Source of the DNA: Octopus bimaculoides
Lineage: Eukaryota
Direction of reading: 5' to 3'
Assembly: GCF_001194135.2 (NCBI RefSeq)
Contig: NC_068982.1
Span: forward strand, 137,264,627 to 137,328,626
DNA length: 64,000 bases
Shown: positions 1-13,662 of the stretch, in pieces
Numbering within the stretch: the stretch's first letter is position 1
How the letters are laid out: each line of letters begins with the position of its first letter
Made by a program: the position numbers and the translations under genes
Notes under the pieces: model-generated
The model's database searches: none
The model's input: the letters and a program-made list of their open reading frames with translations, nothing else
What the model was told of the DNA's origin: nothing

Positions 1-170
1 ACTAACAAAGTATTGACCAGCTTGTGGCTATATTAGAAGACACTTGCCTAAGGTGCCATACTGTGGGACAGAACCCAAAGCCACACAGTTGTAAAATGAG
101 CTTCTTAACCACACAGCCATAATCTTTCCATTTTTCATTTCTTCTATGTATTTCAGTTGCTGCATTGATG

Positions 171-201
<31 letters not shown>

Positions 202-611
202 ATTTTATTTTCCTCTTTGTCAAAGCCTCAGTATCTGAATGGCTGAATGCACACCTTTGTTCTCATTCACATTTACATATGCACATCTACATGCACAGAT
301 GTCCACATATACACTCCCATATATACATATGATACGCCTCTCCACACATCTTAGTATTATGTTTTGTATTTCAAAATCATGATGCTGCATTTTTTTAAAA
401 CTTTCTTTAGATAATGAATAAACAACTACAAGACTTGAAAAAATAGTAAATATTTTTCATAATGCAACCTAATTTTTCTTATATATCTTAAGGTTATTTT
501 TCTTTTTGTAAATTATTTTTTAAAAGAAATTTCACATTCTTTCTTTACTATGCTACAATAATTTTATTGTTTATTGTATCTGTCTGTTTGTCTTTGCCTG
601 CCTGCCTGCCT

Positions 612-886
<275 letters not shown>

Positions 887-1117
887 ATTGTGAAGTACTT
901 CTAATCTGGCCTTCATTTTAAACATTTGCTTTTATCTCTGAGATTTTTTTGTGACTAGATAAAGGTTGACAGGAACTTAGACACGTCCAAGAACTAATGA
1001 CTGCACAAAATTTCACAAGCAAATTATCAGATATGCAAACATTTCAAACAGATTGACACAGCAATAGCTTATTGCTGATTCAGACCCATGCAATACCCCT
1101 ATGAGACCATAAAGTGA

Positions 1118-1392
1118 CCCTCTGCTCTAGACCTTGATGTGTCCTTCTGATCTAGACCTCGGCGTGTCCCTCTGATCTAGACCTCGGCGTGTCCCTCTGA
1201 TCTAGACCTCGGCGTGTCCCTCTGATCTAGACCTCGGCGTGTCCCTCTGATCTAGACCTCGGCATGTCCCTCTGATCTAGACCTCGGCGTGTCCCTCTGA
1301 TCTAGACCTCAACATGTCCCTCTGCTCTAGGCCTCGATTTGTCCCTCTGCTCTAGACCTCGACGTGTCCCTCTGCTCTAGATCTTGTCATGT
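1118..1392. repeat. 25-bp minisatellite, ~11 copies (tctgatctagacctcggcgtgtccc)
   Basis: tctag recurs at 1126, 1151, 1176, 1201, 1226, 1251, 1276, 1301, 1326, 1351 and 1376. Central copies are identical, edge copies degenerate. Confidence 0.95.
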
Positions 1393-4300
1393 TCTCCCCT
1401 CTCAATCCCAAAGGGACAAAATGTCCCCACTCTAATTCTAAACCACAAAGTGTCCCAATCCAGAGTCACTGACTCTGGTGTGCTAATTGTTTAGAGTTTC
1501 TAATCCAAAAATAATAAAAGTGCATAAACTTTTATATCTATTATATTATTAATCTAATAAGTATTTGCTCTAAAGATACTAGTGCCATAGAGACTGTAGC
1601 AGTGACTATTATTTGTCTACCAAAATATACAGACATCTCACTGTGACAAAATAATGAGTTTTATATATATGACACTAACAATAATAATATTCAGACATAT
1701 GATGGCCTGATAATATTTCATGTTATCATCTTGTGTGTCATAGATAATCTTGGAAAAATTTCCAATTCAGCTGTAATTACTTTTAATTGAATATATTTGA
1801 AGATTATTTTATTATTGATAATTGCACTGTTTTTCAGTTAGCTCTAAGATTAATTCCTCCATTCTTTTCATGTATTCCTAATTATTAATTATATATTTTT
1901 GATAGAGTTACAACACTTTCAGTTGTAAATGAAAGTAACTGAGATTATGTGGTATTCATCGCGTACTCAAGATCATTAATCAATAACTGAAGTGAAATGG
2001 GTGCAACTAGGACACAAAACTCAGCTTTTCACTGAGCTTATTACACCATTGCCTTTATCCACTGGTTTAATTTTTTTTTGTTTTATATTCTTATATATTG
2101 CTGATGAAAATCCATTACAATAATCTTAGGAGCATGTATGAAATTATTGTTTCCTGCAATTGTTTTCAATACTGTCTCCCTGTTATTTAAAATAATTTCT
2201 GAATACTGTATATATGTGTGTGTGTGTGTGGAGTGGGGGAAGCTCATCATCATCATTTAATGGCTATGTTCTGTACTGGTATGGGGTAAACAGTTTGACA
2301 GGATCCAATGTGCTCCACTATCTATTTTGGTATGGTTTCTATCGCTGGATGACCTTCTTAATACCAGCCACTTTACAGCATTTACTGGGTGTTGGTTTTC
2401 TGGGGGTTTTATTATTATCATTCATTTATTTATTATTTTTTTTTTGCTATCGGCTCTAGTGAGGTTTCCATGCTTTATGCTCTGCAACAAGGGGTTACAA
2501 TATGAGAGAAGAGGTCAAAGCAGAAGAGGTTTCTTACTGTAGAGGGGCTACATACATGGCTACTTGCATTTTAGTAAAGAAGAGGAGTGGTGATCAGGGC
2601 AGAGCAAGGAAGAGATGAAAATAATGGTGATGGGGTGTAAGTGTTGACCATCAAGGTGCAAAGTGAGCAGAAGTGAATGGAAGCAAAAGACTGGGAGTGT
2701 AGATGGGTAAAGGTTGCAAGAGTTTATAGAAGGGAGCTGGGGAATGGGTGAAGGGATGAATAAAGAATAGAGGAAGTAGGGAAGAGTAGGTGACAACTGT
2801 AGAAATTGAATAGAATTGAAGGTTGTATGTAGTGAATAGTGGGTAAGGAGTGAAGGGAAACAATGGTCCATGAGGGTGAAGAATAGCAGAATAGTAATAT
2901 TCTTTAGGAATTGCTTTGATTTCAAGTATCAGAATTTCTTAAACTGTTTCAGTAAGACCATAACTAATGAGGATTTTTTCCCCACTTTTTTTAAAGAAAA
3001 ATCAATAACAATCATTGAAAACGCTAATTTTTTTTTCTGTTTTGAATACATTTTAATATTCTGGCAAGGAAGGGGTTTTTCCAAATTCATTTTCTTTTTT
3101 TAATTTCTAGCTTGTAATTTTAAGGAAATTAATAATAAATTAATCTAATCACTGAATAGGATTGAAACGTTATAAACCAACTTTTGAACAACCTTTGCGA
3201 TTATTAGGGGGGAAAAATAATCATTTAATATCTTTTAATATCACAATCATAGTTTTCTATAATAAATTATTAATGATGCATTTGACATTGTTACAAATTT
3301 CATAAAAATTGTTGTTGTTGCTGTTGAATATATTTTTAGATTGTTTGCCATAAAGCTGTTCAGATAAAACTGTTTTTCTTTTTGAAGTCTCTTCTGAAAG
3401 AAGCCTTGCAAACCTAAGGACTTATTGATTGATTTAAATTAATTTCAAAAGCTATTGGTACAAGTAGCTTTCTTCTTTTTAAGCATGATTTAATCAGTAA
3501 TACAATCTTACCATTTTTAAGTCAGACATTTCAATGGACTGTTGCTATCTCATACTGAAAGACTAAAATGTTTCTATAGCTAAATATATCTAAAGTCTGG
3601 TTTTATTGTTTTTATTGTTGTCTTTTTTTTTTTAATATATTTCACTCCTTTTTTTAATATAAATCAAAGCATAACCTATTAACCTTTTTTGTTGCTATAT
3701 TTCTGTTAAAAGAGAACTGCTTTTGTTTCGTTTAATTTTGAAAATAACAATGAATTCAACAAAATAATTTAACCATTATCAAAATGGTATTTTAATAGAA
3801 AGCTTTTTAATTTAGATAATTTTAAGCAAGAAGCAAAGATGGTCTCTGGTGGGTTCATAACAAAAAGATTAAACTTTAAATATCTACACCAAAACTAAGC
3901 GTGTGGGGGAAACAGTTAATTCAGCAGGTTGTCATTACAATGTCACTGCTCTGGCAAATTAACATACAGAAGTCATAACCTCATTTCCTTTGACATCCTT
4001 CAACTGTTAGATTCATTGACAATTTTGATAATAAACATAAGTACCTACATAGGACAAAAAGACAGAAATAGGCCTCTTAATAAGTATTTTTAATTAATTT
4101 TTTTTTTTTACTCTTTTTAAAAATTTTTTCGCAGAATTTTTGTCGAGTCTTGAAGCTGTTCTTGCCTAATTATGTTGTATTATGTCTCTTGCCAGAGCTC
4201 TTCATTCTATTATCTGCATTTCAGTGAGCTATCAAAAATAAATGCAAGGTGTGTAGACATAACTCCTTCAAGAGAGAGAGAAAAACAAAGCTAGTGCCCT

Positions 4301-4809
4301 ATACAAAAGATTTCTTTTGTCTACTTTAGATTATGAATCCAAAGCTAAATTGCTGATCTGGTGAGCTCTTCTGGTTGTTAGTAACAAAGTACTATTAGTA
4401 AAAAGAATATTAAAGTATATGGTAATGTCTGTGCAATTATTAGGGTCTCCTTCTTATCCTAATTGGCATGGAAGAAATTCCTCTCTTCTGCTCAGATACT
4501 ATGACAACTGCCATGGAATATATGATTATCACCATCATCACCATTTTTATGCTTTCATGGATCAGACAGAATTTGTCGAAGCAGATTTTGTACAAACATA
4601 TTGCCCTTCTTGTCACCAACCTTCATCTGTTTTCCAAGCAAGGTAATATTTTCCCATGCATAGTCATGCTTTCCACAGACCAGAAACAATCTCACTTGTA
4701 TGATGATGATGATGATAATAATGATGCACATTTACAACCATTGCTTGATGTTTAGGACAAGGGCACACACAAGCATACATACAGATAGGTATGACAGGCT
4801 TGTCTCCGT

Positions 4810-5031
4810 TTCCTATTTCTTTACTGCCCGCAAGGGGCTACACACAGAGGAGACAAACGGATTAAGTCGATTATATCGACCCCAGTGCATAACTGGTACT
4901 TAATTTATCGACCCCGAAAGGATGAAAAGCAAAGTTGACCTCTGTGGAATTTGAACTCAGAACATAACGGCAGACAAAATACCGCTAAGCATTTTGCCCG
5001 GCGTGCTAACATTTCTGCCAGCTCACCGCCT
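4810..5031 (-). mobile_element. tRNA-derived SINE, family B, nested in a family A SINE
   Basis: Minus-strand head aggcggtgagctggcagaaatgttagc, B-box gagttcaaattcc, body cctttcggggtcgataaattaagtaccag. Flanked by a near-perfect direct repeat cttgtctcNgtttc (TSD). Confidence 0.85.
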
Positions 5032-5898
5032 TGTCTCAGTTTCTGCCTATCAAATCCACTCAGAAGGCTTTGATTATCCTGAAGCTATAGTGGAAGACTC
5101 TTACCCAAACTGCCCTGCAGTGAGACTGAAGCCAGGATCACTTCTTAACCACACAGCAATACCTGCATCTGTAACCATGAAAATAAGAAACTATTAGAAC
5201 CTCAACAAACCTGTGAAACACCCATCACATTTACAGTGCTACTGCTGTTTACAGTTATAAACCCTAAATACTTTGTAGAATTCTTTACAGGTACACTGAT
5301 CAAGATAGTTAAGTTTTTTCCACATAGTCCAGTCCCAATGATAATACAAACAGGTGTTCCTTGTGTATGGTTGTTCAGGACAATATTGATTTCACCCTGT
5401 ATCTCTTGTATGCCTTCTTGTATATGTGACAAATTTACATTTCAATATATTCAAGCCATGTGTAGTTCTGTTACTTGAGGTGAATAGTTTTAGTTCTATT
5501 CCAGCTGTTGCTACTGGTGTTTGGATGTTTATCAATGTAGCTTTTTGACAAGCAGATAAATGAACTGTTAAGATGGCATGGTGTGTGTGTGTGTGTTTGT
5601 GCAGACCATACAGTAAATGTGTTTTTAGTGGCATAGGACAATGTGTGTACAGTGTTTGTATAGTATTAGTGTTTGTTATTTTGCATACTATAATGTAGTC
5701 CTCATCATCATTTAAAGTTCACTTGTCAATGCTTGCATGGCTCAGAATTTGTTGAGGCAAATTTTCGATGGCCTGATGCCTTTCCTGTTGCCAACTCTCA
5801 CCTATTTCCAAGCAGGGTAATATTTCCCTATGGCCAAACATGATTTCCATTGAAGACTGAACATAAACAACATCACTTGCATGACAGGAACCATCATA

Positions 5899-5987
5899 TG
5901 ACATCAACGCACACACACACTCAAGCTATAAAATAGATTTCTGTCAGTTTCCATCAACCAAATATATATATATATATATATATCAAC

Positions 5988-6021
<34 letters not shown>

Positions 6022-6081
6022 GTTGATGGAAACTGACAGAAATCTATTTTATAGCTTGAGTGTGTGTGTGCGTTGATGTCA
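5899..6081. repeat. Inverted repeat with ~75-bp arms centred on an (AT)n tract
   Basis: tgacatcaacgc...catcaaccaaatata is the exact reverse complement of tatatttggttgatg...gcgttgatgtca. Confidence 0.85.
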
Positions 6082-6248
6082 CACGATGGGCTTCTTTCAG
6101 TTTCCGTCTACCAAATCCACTCATAAGACTTTGGTTGGCCCGAGGCTATAGTAGAATACACTTGCCCAAGGTGCCACACAGTGGGACTGAACCCAGAACC
6201 ATGTGGTTGGTAAGCAAGCTACTTACCATACAGCCACTCCTGCGCCTA
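6078..6248 (-). mobile_element. tRNA-derived SINE, family A, 5' half
   Basis: Minus strand ggcgcaggagtggctgtatggtaag (A box)...ggttcagtccc (B box)...ggcaccttgggcaag. Confidence 0.85.
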
Positions 6249-6291
6249 TGTGTAAATTTGTCACTCATGCGCCTATATGTAAATTTGCATT

Positions 6292-6693
6292 AGGGACTCC
6301 TCAGTATATCACGAGTATTTATATTTTTTTAGGTTTTAATTATTTCTGTGGTAAAAATAAGTATTTTCACACCTAAAAATTAATGAATTAATAAATGAAA
6401 CTACAATACAGTACTGCACTGTATAACACATTAATTAAAATATATTAAAAGAAAATACGTAGTGTACCATAGATGAGTAAACAAAGAATCACACATACTG
6501 TATGGAAAACGAGAATCGGGAGGCAAAAAAAAGAGAAGATGCAGCTACTCTTAAGAGTGTGGGGAGAGTTTATAAAAGCTCGAAAATATAAAAATAATAA
6601 AAAAAAAATATAGTACAGTACTGTTTCTACTACAATTTTCACCTATCGCAGGGCTTTTGGAACATAACACTTACAATAGTTGAGGGATTACTG
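6292..6693. mobile_element. Degenerate pogo/Tigger-like non-autonomous DNA transposon
   Basis: Right end ttttcacctatcgcagggc...gagggattactg followed by TA resembles Tigger termini; the left end is poorly preserved. Confidence 0.4.
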
Positions 6694-7727
6694 TATCATT
6701 TTTCTGTTTTGAATACTGTAGGGTAGGTATGATTTTGAAGGAATTTTGGCTACTATTTCTAGCAAATCAAATAACCACATAGAGGCTTCCTTCTTGGTAC
6801 TGCATTCAGGTTGATACATTGCCAGACTGTTGTTGGTGAGTCATGCTAAGCCAACTGACAGATCTCTAAAGCAGTAATATATTTAATAATGCAATTGTTG
6901 ATTATCTCCTATCAAAAGGAATCTTCAAACGATATATTTTTTTGCATGCACGTGTGATATATTCTATTAAAGTTGTGCAGTAAGAGAGTAAAATCCAGAA
7001 ATAGAATTTTCTGTCAACCAGATTGCAGAATTAATTTGGATATTTTTGTTAATCCTGTTAGTATTTTTTAGTTTTTTTTTTTAATCTTTCACTTGTTTCA
7101 GTCATTGGACTGTAGCCATACTGCCGTACCAACTTGATGAGTTAAGTCAAAAGAAATCATTCCCCTGTACTTATCCTAGCAGCCTCTTTTGTCAAAACTG
7201 CTAAGTTACAGGAATGTAAACAAACCAGTGCCAGTTGTGAAACACTGGCTGGGAGTCTTACTCAAACACAAAGGCATACACTCATGTGTGTGTGTGTGTG
7301 TGTGTGTGTGAGATGAGCTTCCACACAGTTTCCAGCCACCAAATTCATTCACAAATCATTGGTTGGTGCGGGGCTCTAACTTTAAAAATCTTATGTTTCC
7401 TCATAATTCAAAATGGTTTCCTAAAAGAGATACTTACTTGAGGATTTTTTTTTTAGGGGCCACCTTATCTTTCTTATTTATTATTCTTTAATGTTGCTCC
7501 AGTCTACGAAGATGTTGCTGTAGCTGCCCTTTCTCTCTCCAGTTGTCACATCCGAGATGTTCTGCTGGTGAAAAGCTGAAGGGGCTGAGAGAATGCCTTT
7601 GTCTGATTCTACCTACACAGGCTCCTAAAACAATTAGCAAAAGCATAATCTCTTGCACATGATGACTTCTGACTTTGTACTTATACATATAATACATCCA
7701 GTTTGTCCCTTCCTGCTTGCTAGCTCT

Positions 7728-8449
7728 GGTCGTACACATGCGTCATACAGTCTGCCTTTGACTCTGAGTGAGAGGCCCTTTGTCACCAGCAGAGGTAAGA
7801 GCTCTCTAAACTTTGCTCAGGCTATTCTTATTCTAGCAGCTACACTTTCAGCGCATCCTCCCCCGCTACAAACTTGGTCACCTAGGTAGCGGAAGCTATC
7901 AACTACTTCTAGTTTTTCTCCCTGGAGTGTGGCAAAGGTTGTTTTCTGCACATTTTCAGTGTTTATTGCTCCTGAGCATCTGCCACATACAAAAACTATC
8001 TTGCTAGTTAGCCTTCCTTTGACATTGCTGCACCTCTTATGTGTCCATAGCTTACACTGGGTACATCTTATGGAGTTTCTACCTACGCCTTTTCTACAGA
8101 TCGAGCAGGGCCATCTACCTGAAGGGGTTTGTGATTTTTCGACTTTCCTACTTATTAGGACTTTGGTTTTAACTAGGTTGACTCTAAGGCCCTTCAATTC
8201 TAGTCCTTGCTTCCACACCTGAAACTTCTCCTCTAGTTCTGATAGTGACTCAGCAATTAGGGCAAGGTCATCAGCATAGAGGAGCTCCCAGCGGCATCCC
8301 GTCTTGAATTCCTGTGTTATTGCCTGGAGGACTATGATAAATAGGAGGGGGCTGAGGACTGAACCTTGGTGGAACCCTACCTCTACCCGGAATTCTTCAC
8401 TGTACTCGTTGCCAACCCTTACCTTACTGACAGTGTCCCTGTCATTGTA
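7728..8449 (-). mobile_element. RTE-clade LINE reverse transcriptase fragment with an embedded PHD finger
   Basis: Minus-strand frame open from 8449 to 7817: ...HQGSVLSPLLF...LLYADDLALIA...GLRVNLVKTKVL...C4HC3 finger...FRYLGDQ...RIRIA, then a stop (probably from TGG) and AKFRELLPLL...LYDACVRP. Confidence 0.92.
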
Positions 8450-9689
8450 GTGAAATCATGGTAGGGTACTGTCATCAAGAGTTTTGGCCAATTAAATTGT
8501 TTTATCTGGTACCAGTGCCCTTTGGCTGGCTCCGTGCTGGTGGCATGTAAAAAGCACCATCCAAACATGGCCGATGCCAGTGATCCCCAACTGGCTCCTG
8601 TGCTGGTGGCATGTAAAAAACTGCAATCTTTTTATTAGATTATGGATCAGTTTTCATCACAGATTTCTGCTTTTTCTTTTAGTTGGCTTTTTCCTTGTAT
8701 TTCTAAGGTTATGATGACATGGCTCCTGTTTCTTGTTCAAAACAATAACATCAATCTGTTATCCTTTCTCATCCCCTTCTTTAACATCTGGAAAGGAACA
8801 GGGATTATGTAAGACGCATTGTCATCACAAGCTGTCTTCCAATAATATCCATTTTGAAAAATGTTTAAATTGAAATAATCTTTTCCCTTTTTTCACATTA
8901 TGTAATGGCCAGATTTGGAGAAGATAAATCCCCAAAAGGAATTAAGTGGTTTTCTTTTGGCTTACTTTTGCTTTGTTCTAAATCTTTTGCTAACATAGCA
9001 TGAAAAAATTTTCTCTATTGATTTTACTGTGGTTGTAATTCATATTTCTTTTACTTCTCTCTCTCTCTCTCTCTGAATTTATTTCCATAATAGCTACTGA
9101 TACTTGTTAAATATGCATTTAAAATCTATTCATCCCCTAACATGATTTAGTAAAACAATTTAGCAAAATGGCCGTATCAATTTATGCATTCACTATCATT
9201 CCTACCTCCTTTCCATTTATAAATTTATCACATGTATATTAAGCTACAGATATGGGTCTGAAGCAGACAGTGTGATACCATCCCAGTATATATTCTTAGT
9301 TGTATTATTAAATAGAGATTGTCTTGTGTGATATCTCAATGAGTATGTATGAAATAAATAATTAAAAAAGAAGAAAGAAAAATAATGTAACTGTCTCTTA
9401 ATCTGCAAGAGGCTTTTAAAGGTTAGTTAGTTTTTATGCTGTTAGGGAAACAGACAAGACAATTTGTCTGGATTGAATGCCAGTCTATTTTGGGTGATAT
9501 TGGCAGATGTGATAACTACTTCTTGACAGCTAGGCCATAATAGACAAGTAAAATTAACTAGTCTCTGCATACACAACAAATCATTTACAGTGGTTACAAA
9601 TTCCAGACATATGAGCTGATAATCCAGCATCTTATCCACTCTGTTATGTCACTTTTACCCAGAAGTTATAGTGCTAATGAACTACAAAA

Positions 9690-9932
9690 CGAGGCATGTT
9701 CAAAAAGTCTCTCCGCGGTGAACTTTTTCCATCCTACGCATGCGCAACTTGGCTATCACTGAGTCAGTTTATGCATTGAAAATGAAGGATGACACTTTCA
9801 ATACCTCTTATAAAGTTGTTTTTTTTAAAGTCTTGTAAAGTCTAATATGTTCTTTTGTAGTCTTATACCATCTTATCAAATATTTATTTTGCAATAAAAT
9901 ACTCACTGTGGAGAGACGTTTTGAACACCCTG
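9690..9932. mobile_element. Tc1/mariner-type MITE (~240 bp)
   Basis: Left gttcaaaaagtctctccgcggtga versus reverse complement of the right end cagggtgttcaaaacgtctctccacagtga; TA follows the right end. Confidence 0.75.
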
Positions 9933-10664
9933 TACAAACAATTAAGAGCTTCTTCATAATTCTGGACTTTTCTGTTGCCTTTACACTCTGCTTTTTTTTT
10001 TTTTTTAACTAAATGATTGTTATGAATAGAATATTTAGTGGAAAATAGCCAATTTATTGACTTTCTGAAGAAGCCTTTTTTTTCTTTTAGAAACAGAATT
10101 TAACTATTCACCAAGATGAATCTGTATTTATTCAATTCTCAATAATTTTTTTTAAATTTTGTTTTCTCTATTATTTCTTTACCTTTCTTAACACTACTTA
10201 TTTTTATCTATGTCTGGTGCTCAGAATTTGGAACAATTATTAACTCTACTTTGTAACTTCTACTATTTTCAGACATTATTCAAAAATTTGGTTTAATTTC
10301 AGCACTACTCATGCTACTGTACGACTAAACTTGGCTTTCAAACTTGCTACTCAATGTACTTATCAAATCTAATATTATTTATTAGAATTATATCAAACCT
10401 TCTTTAGTGTTCATCTTATATCTCTAGATAATGTTAATGAAGCTGTTTGTTATTTAACTCCTTCTTAAGATTTAACTCTGACCCTTGGGGACAGATGTTG
10501 AAAGGCATTCCAACTGTGATCTTATCTTTTTTTTTACCTTCAGGCATCTGAATCTTTTTTAACCCTTTCATAACCCTATTTCTGTTGAAATATACCGTCT
10601 TTCTCTTCATTAATTTCAAAAATAAATAAGGATTTAGTAAAATAACTTTCTCATTATCTTACTG

Positions 10665-10970
10665 CTGTCAAGGAGGTTGTTGCCAGTGCCGCTGGACTGA
10701 CTCCTGTGCAGGTGGCATGTAAAAAACACCTTTTGAGTGAGGCCGTTGCCAGTACTGTGTGACTGGCCTTTGTGCTGGTGGCACATAAAAGCACCAAGTA
10801 CACTCTCAGAGTGGTTGGCATTAGGAAGGGCATCCAGCTGTAGAAACTCTGCCAGATCAGATTGGAGCCAGGTGTAGCCATCTGGTTCGCCAGTCCTCAG
10901 TCAAATCGTCCAACCCATGCTAGCATGGAAAGCGGACATTAAACAATGATGATGATGATGATGATGATGA
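10665..10970 (+). mobile_element. RTE-type 3'-end retroposon copy with (GAT)n tail
   Basis: Two ~60-bp tgccagt..actggc..ggtggcac units, then the conserved ggttggcattaggaagggcatccagctgtagaaac...catggaaagcggacattaaac and (GAT)n. Confidence 0.85.
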
Positions 10971-11326
10971 AACTTAAATCAACATGAAATTTTGTTGGAA
11001 GGTTTTCATTTAGATTATATCATGGTACAAATTTTCTGTTCTAAAACAAGAAATTTGTATCATAGAGTCAAAGTAGTCTCAGGAAGGATGGCATCAAGAG
11101 AGGTAAGTTGGTAGGGTATGGTTTCTAGCTGGCTGGGCTGTCAAACTTCCCCTAAAACCATATTGTTCATGAACCTTGATTGAAATCTTCATTTTTACCC
11201 TGCAACAATTCAAACTGAACATAAATGGGTGGAATCAGTGCATTTGTTCACCCACTCCAATATTTAGAGGCTCTGGAAGAAATACATTCCATGTGCTTCA
11301 TCCCTCCATTGTCCAAGAAGCTAAAT

Positions 11327-11555
11327 CGGTGGTTCTCAACCATTTTTTACCAATGGCACCATTTGATTCTTATTTTACGCAGATGGACCTCTGTGGCCAT
11401 TTGATGTATGTATGTATATATATATTAAAAAAGATCCTACCATATTTTTATAATTAAACATTAAAAATTGTACATGAAAGATTAAAATATTTTGTGTATT
11501 ATAGCAATTTGCAGCACATGAATTTTAACATATGGTCCCTGGTTGAAAACCACTG
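11327..11555. mobile_element. hAT-superfamily MITE
   Basis: TIRs cggtggttctcaacc / ggttgaaaaccactg; perfect 8-bp TSD agctaaat at 11319-11326 and 11556-11563. Confidence 0.93.
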
Positions 11556-13437
11556 AGCTAAATGAAAAGCAAAAACAAAAAAGTTATGTGCGGGATCAGG
11601 TTAGAGTTATTGAATGAAGTGATGCTTTATAGATATTGTCAGCTCATTATTTTTCAATCAATGCTTTATTCATTCGTTTATGTATAGTTGAAAGCTTATT
11701 CTCTTGCATTTTAAACAATATTTTCAGGCTAGTGATTAGATTTACTTCACAGAGTGTGACTTGTTTTAAATTAGATATGACTCGATAATATCTCCAATTT
11801 AATTTACACCTACACATATGAACCAACAGTGCTGATTTTCAGGGGGTTTTTTTTTTGTCTTGGATTTTCTTTAACATGTGGTGGGTGGATTATTATCATT
11901 AGTTTTTTTGTTTTTTTTGTTAGTTTTCTTTATTCCTTGGGGAAGTCATCATTATCATCTTTAATTTCTCCCATAAAATAACAGCTGTTGTAAAGTGAAG
12001 TCAGCTTATCACTGCTTGTTTTCTATGTTGCCATGCTATTAGTTGTTTTGGTTTCATTGTTTTCTTTTCCTTTCTTTCTTTTTTTTTTTTTTTTTTCATG
12101 GAGGTGTGGGCATCTATTTTTAATTCTTTGAATTCTTGTTTTCTATAAAGAAGAGGCTAATTTATAACAAAATAACAAAGCTCCATTGCTGGAATTTCAA
12201 TAACAATGGTAAAGTTACTTGTTGAATTTTACCAAAACATTTCATCTTTTTCACTGCTCTGCTTATTGATGGAATTTGCAAAGTGTATTATTTTTGCCGG
12301 TCATGTTATCTGAAAAACCCCAGTTTTTCAATATAACCATTTAGATTAATTAATAACAAAACTAAGTGTACTGATGAATAGTGACACAAATGTAGATCTA
12401 GTGTGTGTGTGCATGTGTGTATAAAAAGTTTTTAATTTCTTGACATAGTGGGTGAAGGACATTCAAAACCTGCAGTCTTTTGTTGAATGTTTAGTTGTGT
12501 ATATTTAACAGAAGATGAACAGGTCTTACACAATTATTCACATATATGGATTATTGAATCTTCAAATCTGAAGTTGAATAACTGCTTAATTAATACCCAG
12601 CCATGAGATGACTACTGTTTATTTTTCTGGCCAAAGCAACTAAAATACTTCACATATAACAACCTTTAGCTCCCAACCTCCCTTTCAATCACCTTCTTGT
12701 CCTTTGAGAGTATGCTCTGACGCCTCATCACCAACCATCTTTATCCCTCCTTCCAGATCCACCCCAGTTGCTCCCACTCGTCCTTATATAGTGTGGGCTG
12801 GCTATGTATCTCTTCTGCAGCAACAAACATGTTCCCGCCTCTTTCTTTAATACCTGAATCTCTTAACACCTGGCAATTAGCTGCCTCCCTGTTGAACTGG
12901 TTGGTGTGTTTATGATATTTGGTTGCTGTTTCTTACAGCTTGAGTGATTATGCAAAAACCACTTCTATTGGTTTGCTAGTCTTTTGTTGATGATGCTGTA
13001 TGTCTTGTTGGTGTTCTTGTTGAACTCCAGGTCAACCCTGATTAATACCTTTTTTTTTTCTTTCTTTTTTTTAGCCACAATGTATCTAGGACCACTTTAG
13101 CTAATATGACCTTTTTTTTTTCTTAAGTTGATCAGAAGTGATCTGAGGTAGATTTTCCTGGTCTTTCTAGCAGATAGAGTAACTATTATCTAAAGGCTAG
13201 CAGATTCAGTTTTGCTTTTTTTTTCTGTTTATACAGGAAATATCTTGACCATTACAAGGAAATAAACTTTAAATTCAATTCAAAATTAACCCTTTAGCCT
13301 TCACATTATTCTGTCAAAAGTAATACTCATTTATTCACATTGTTTTCAATTAATATGCATTATTTTGTAAATGAGATTTTGATGAGCTGACTGCTAATTT
13401 TTTAGTACGATATTCTAGGGTTGGTGTGAGATCGAGT

Positions 13438-13631
13438 ATTTCTTTTACTTGTTTCAGTCATTTGACTGCAGCCATGCTGGAGCACCACCTTTAGTTGAGC
13501 AAATCAAACCCAGGACTTATTCTTTGTAAGCCTAGTACTTATTCTGTCATTCTCTTTTGCTGAACTGCTAAGTTAGGGGGACATAAACACACCAGCATCG
13601 GTTGTCAAGCGATGTTCAGAGGCACAAAGAC

Positions 13632-13662
<31 letters not shown>

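Noticed and set aside
11083-11102. AG-GAAGGATGGCATCAAGAGAG-GTAAGT as an exon
   Set aside because: 20 nt (frameshifting), weak pyrimidine tract, no endophilin similarity.
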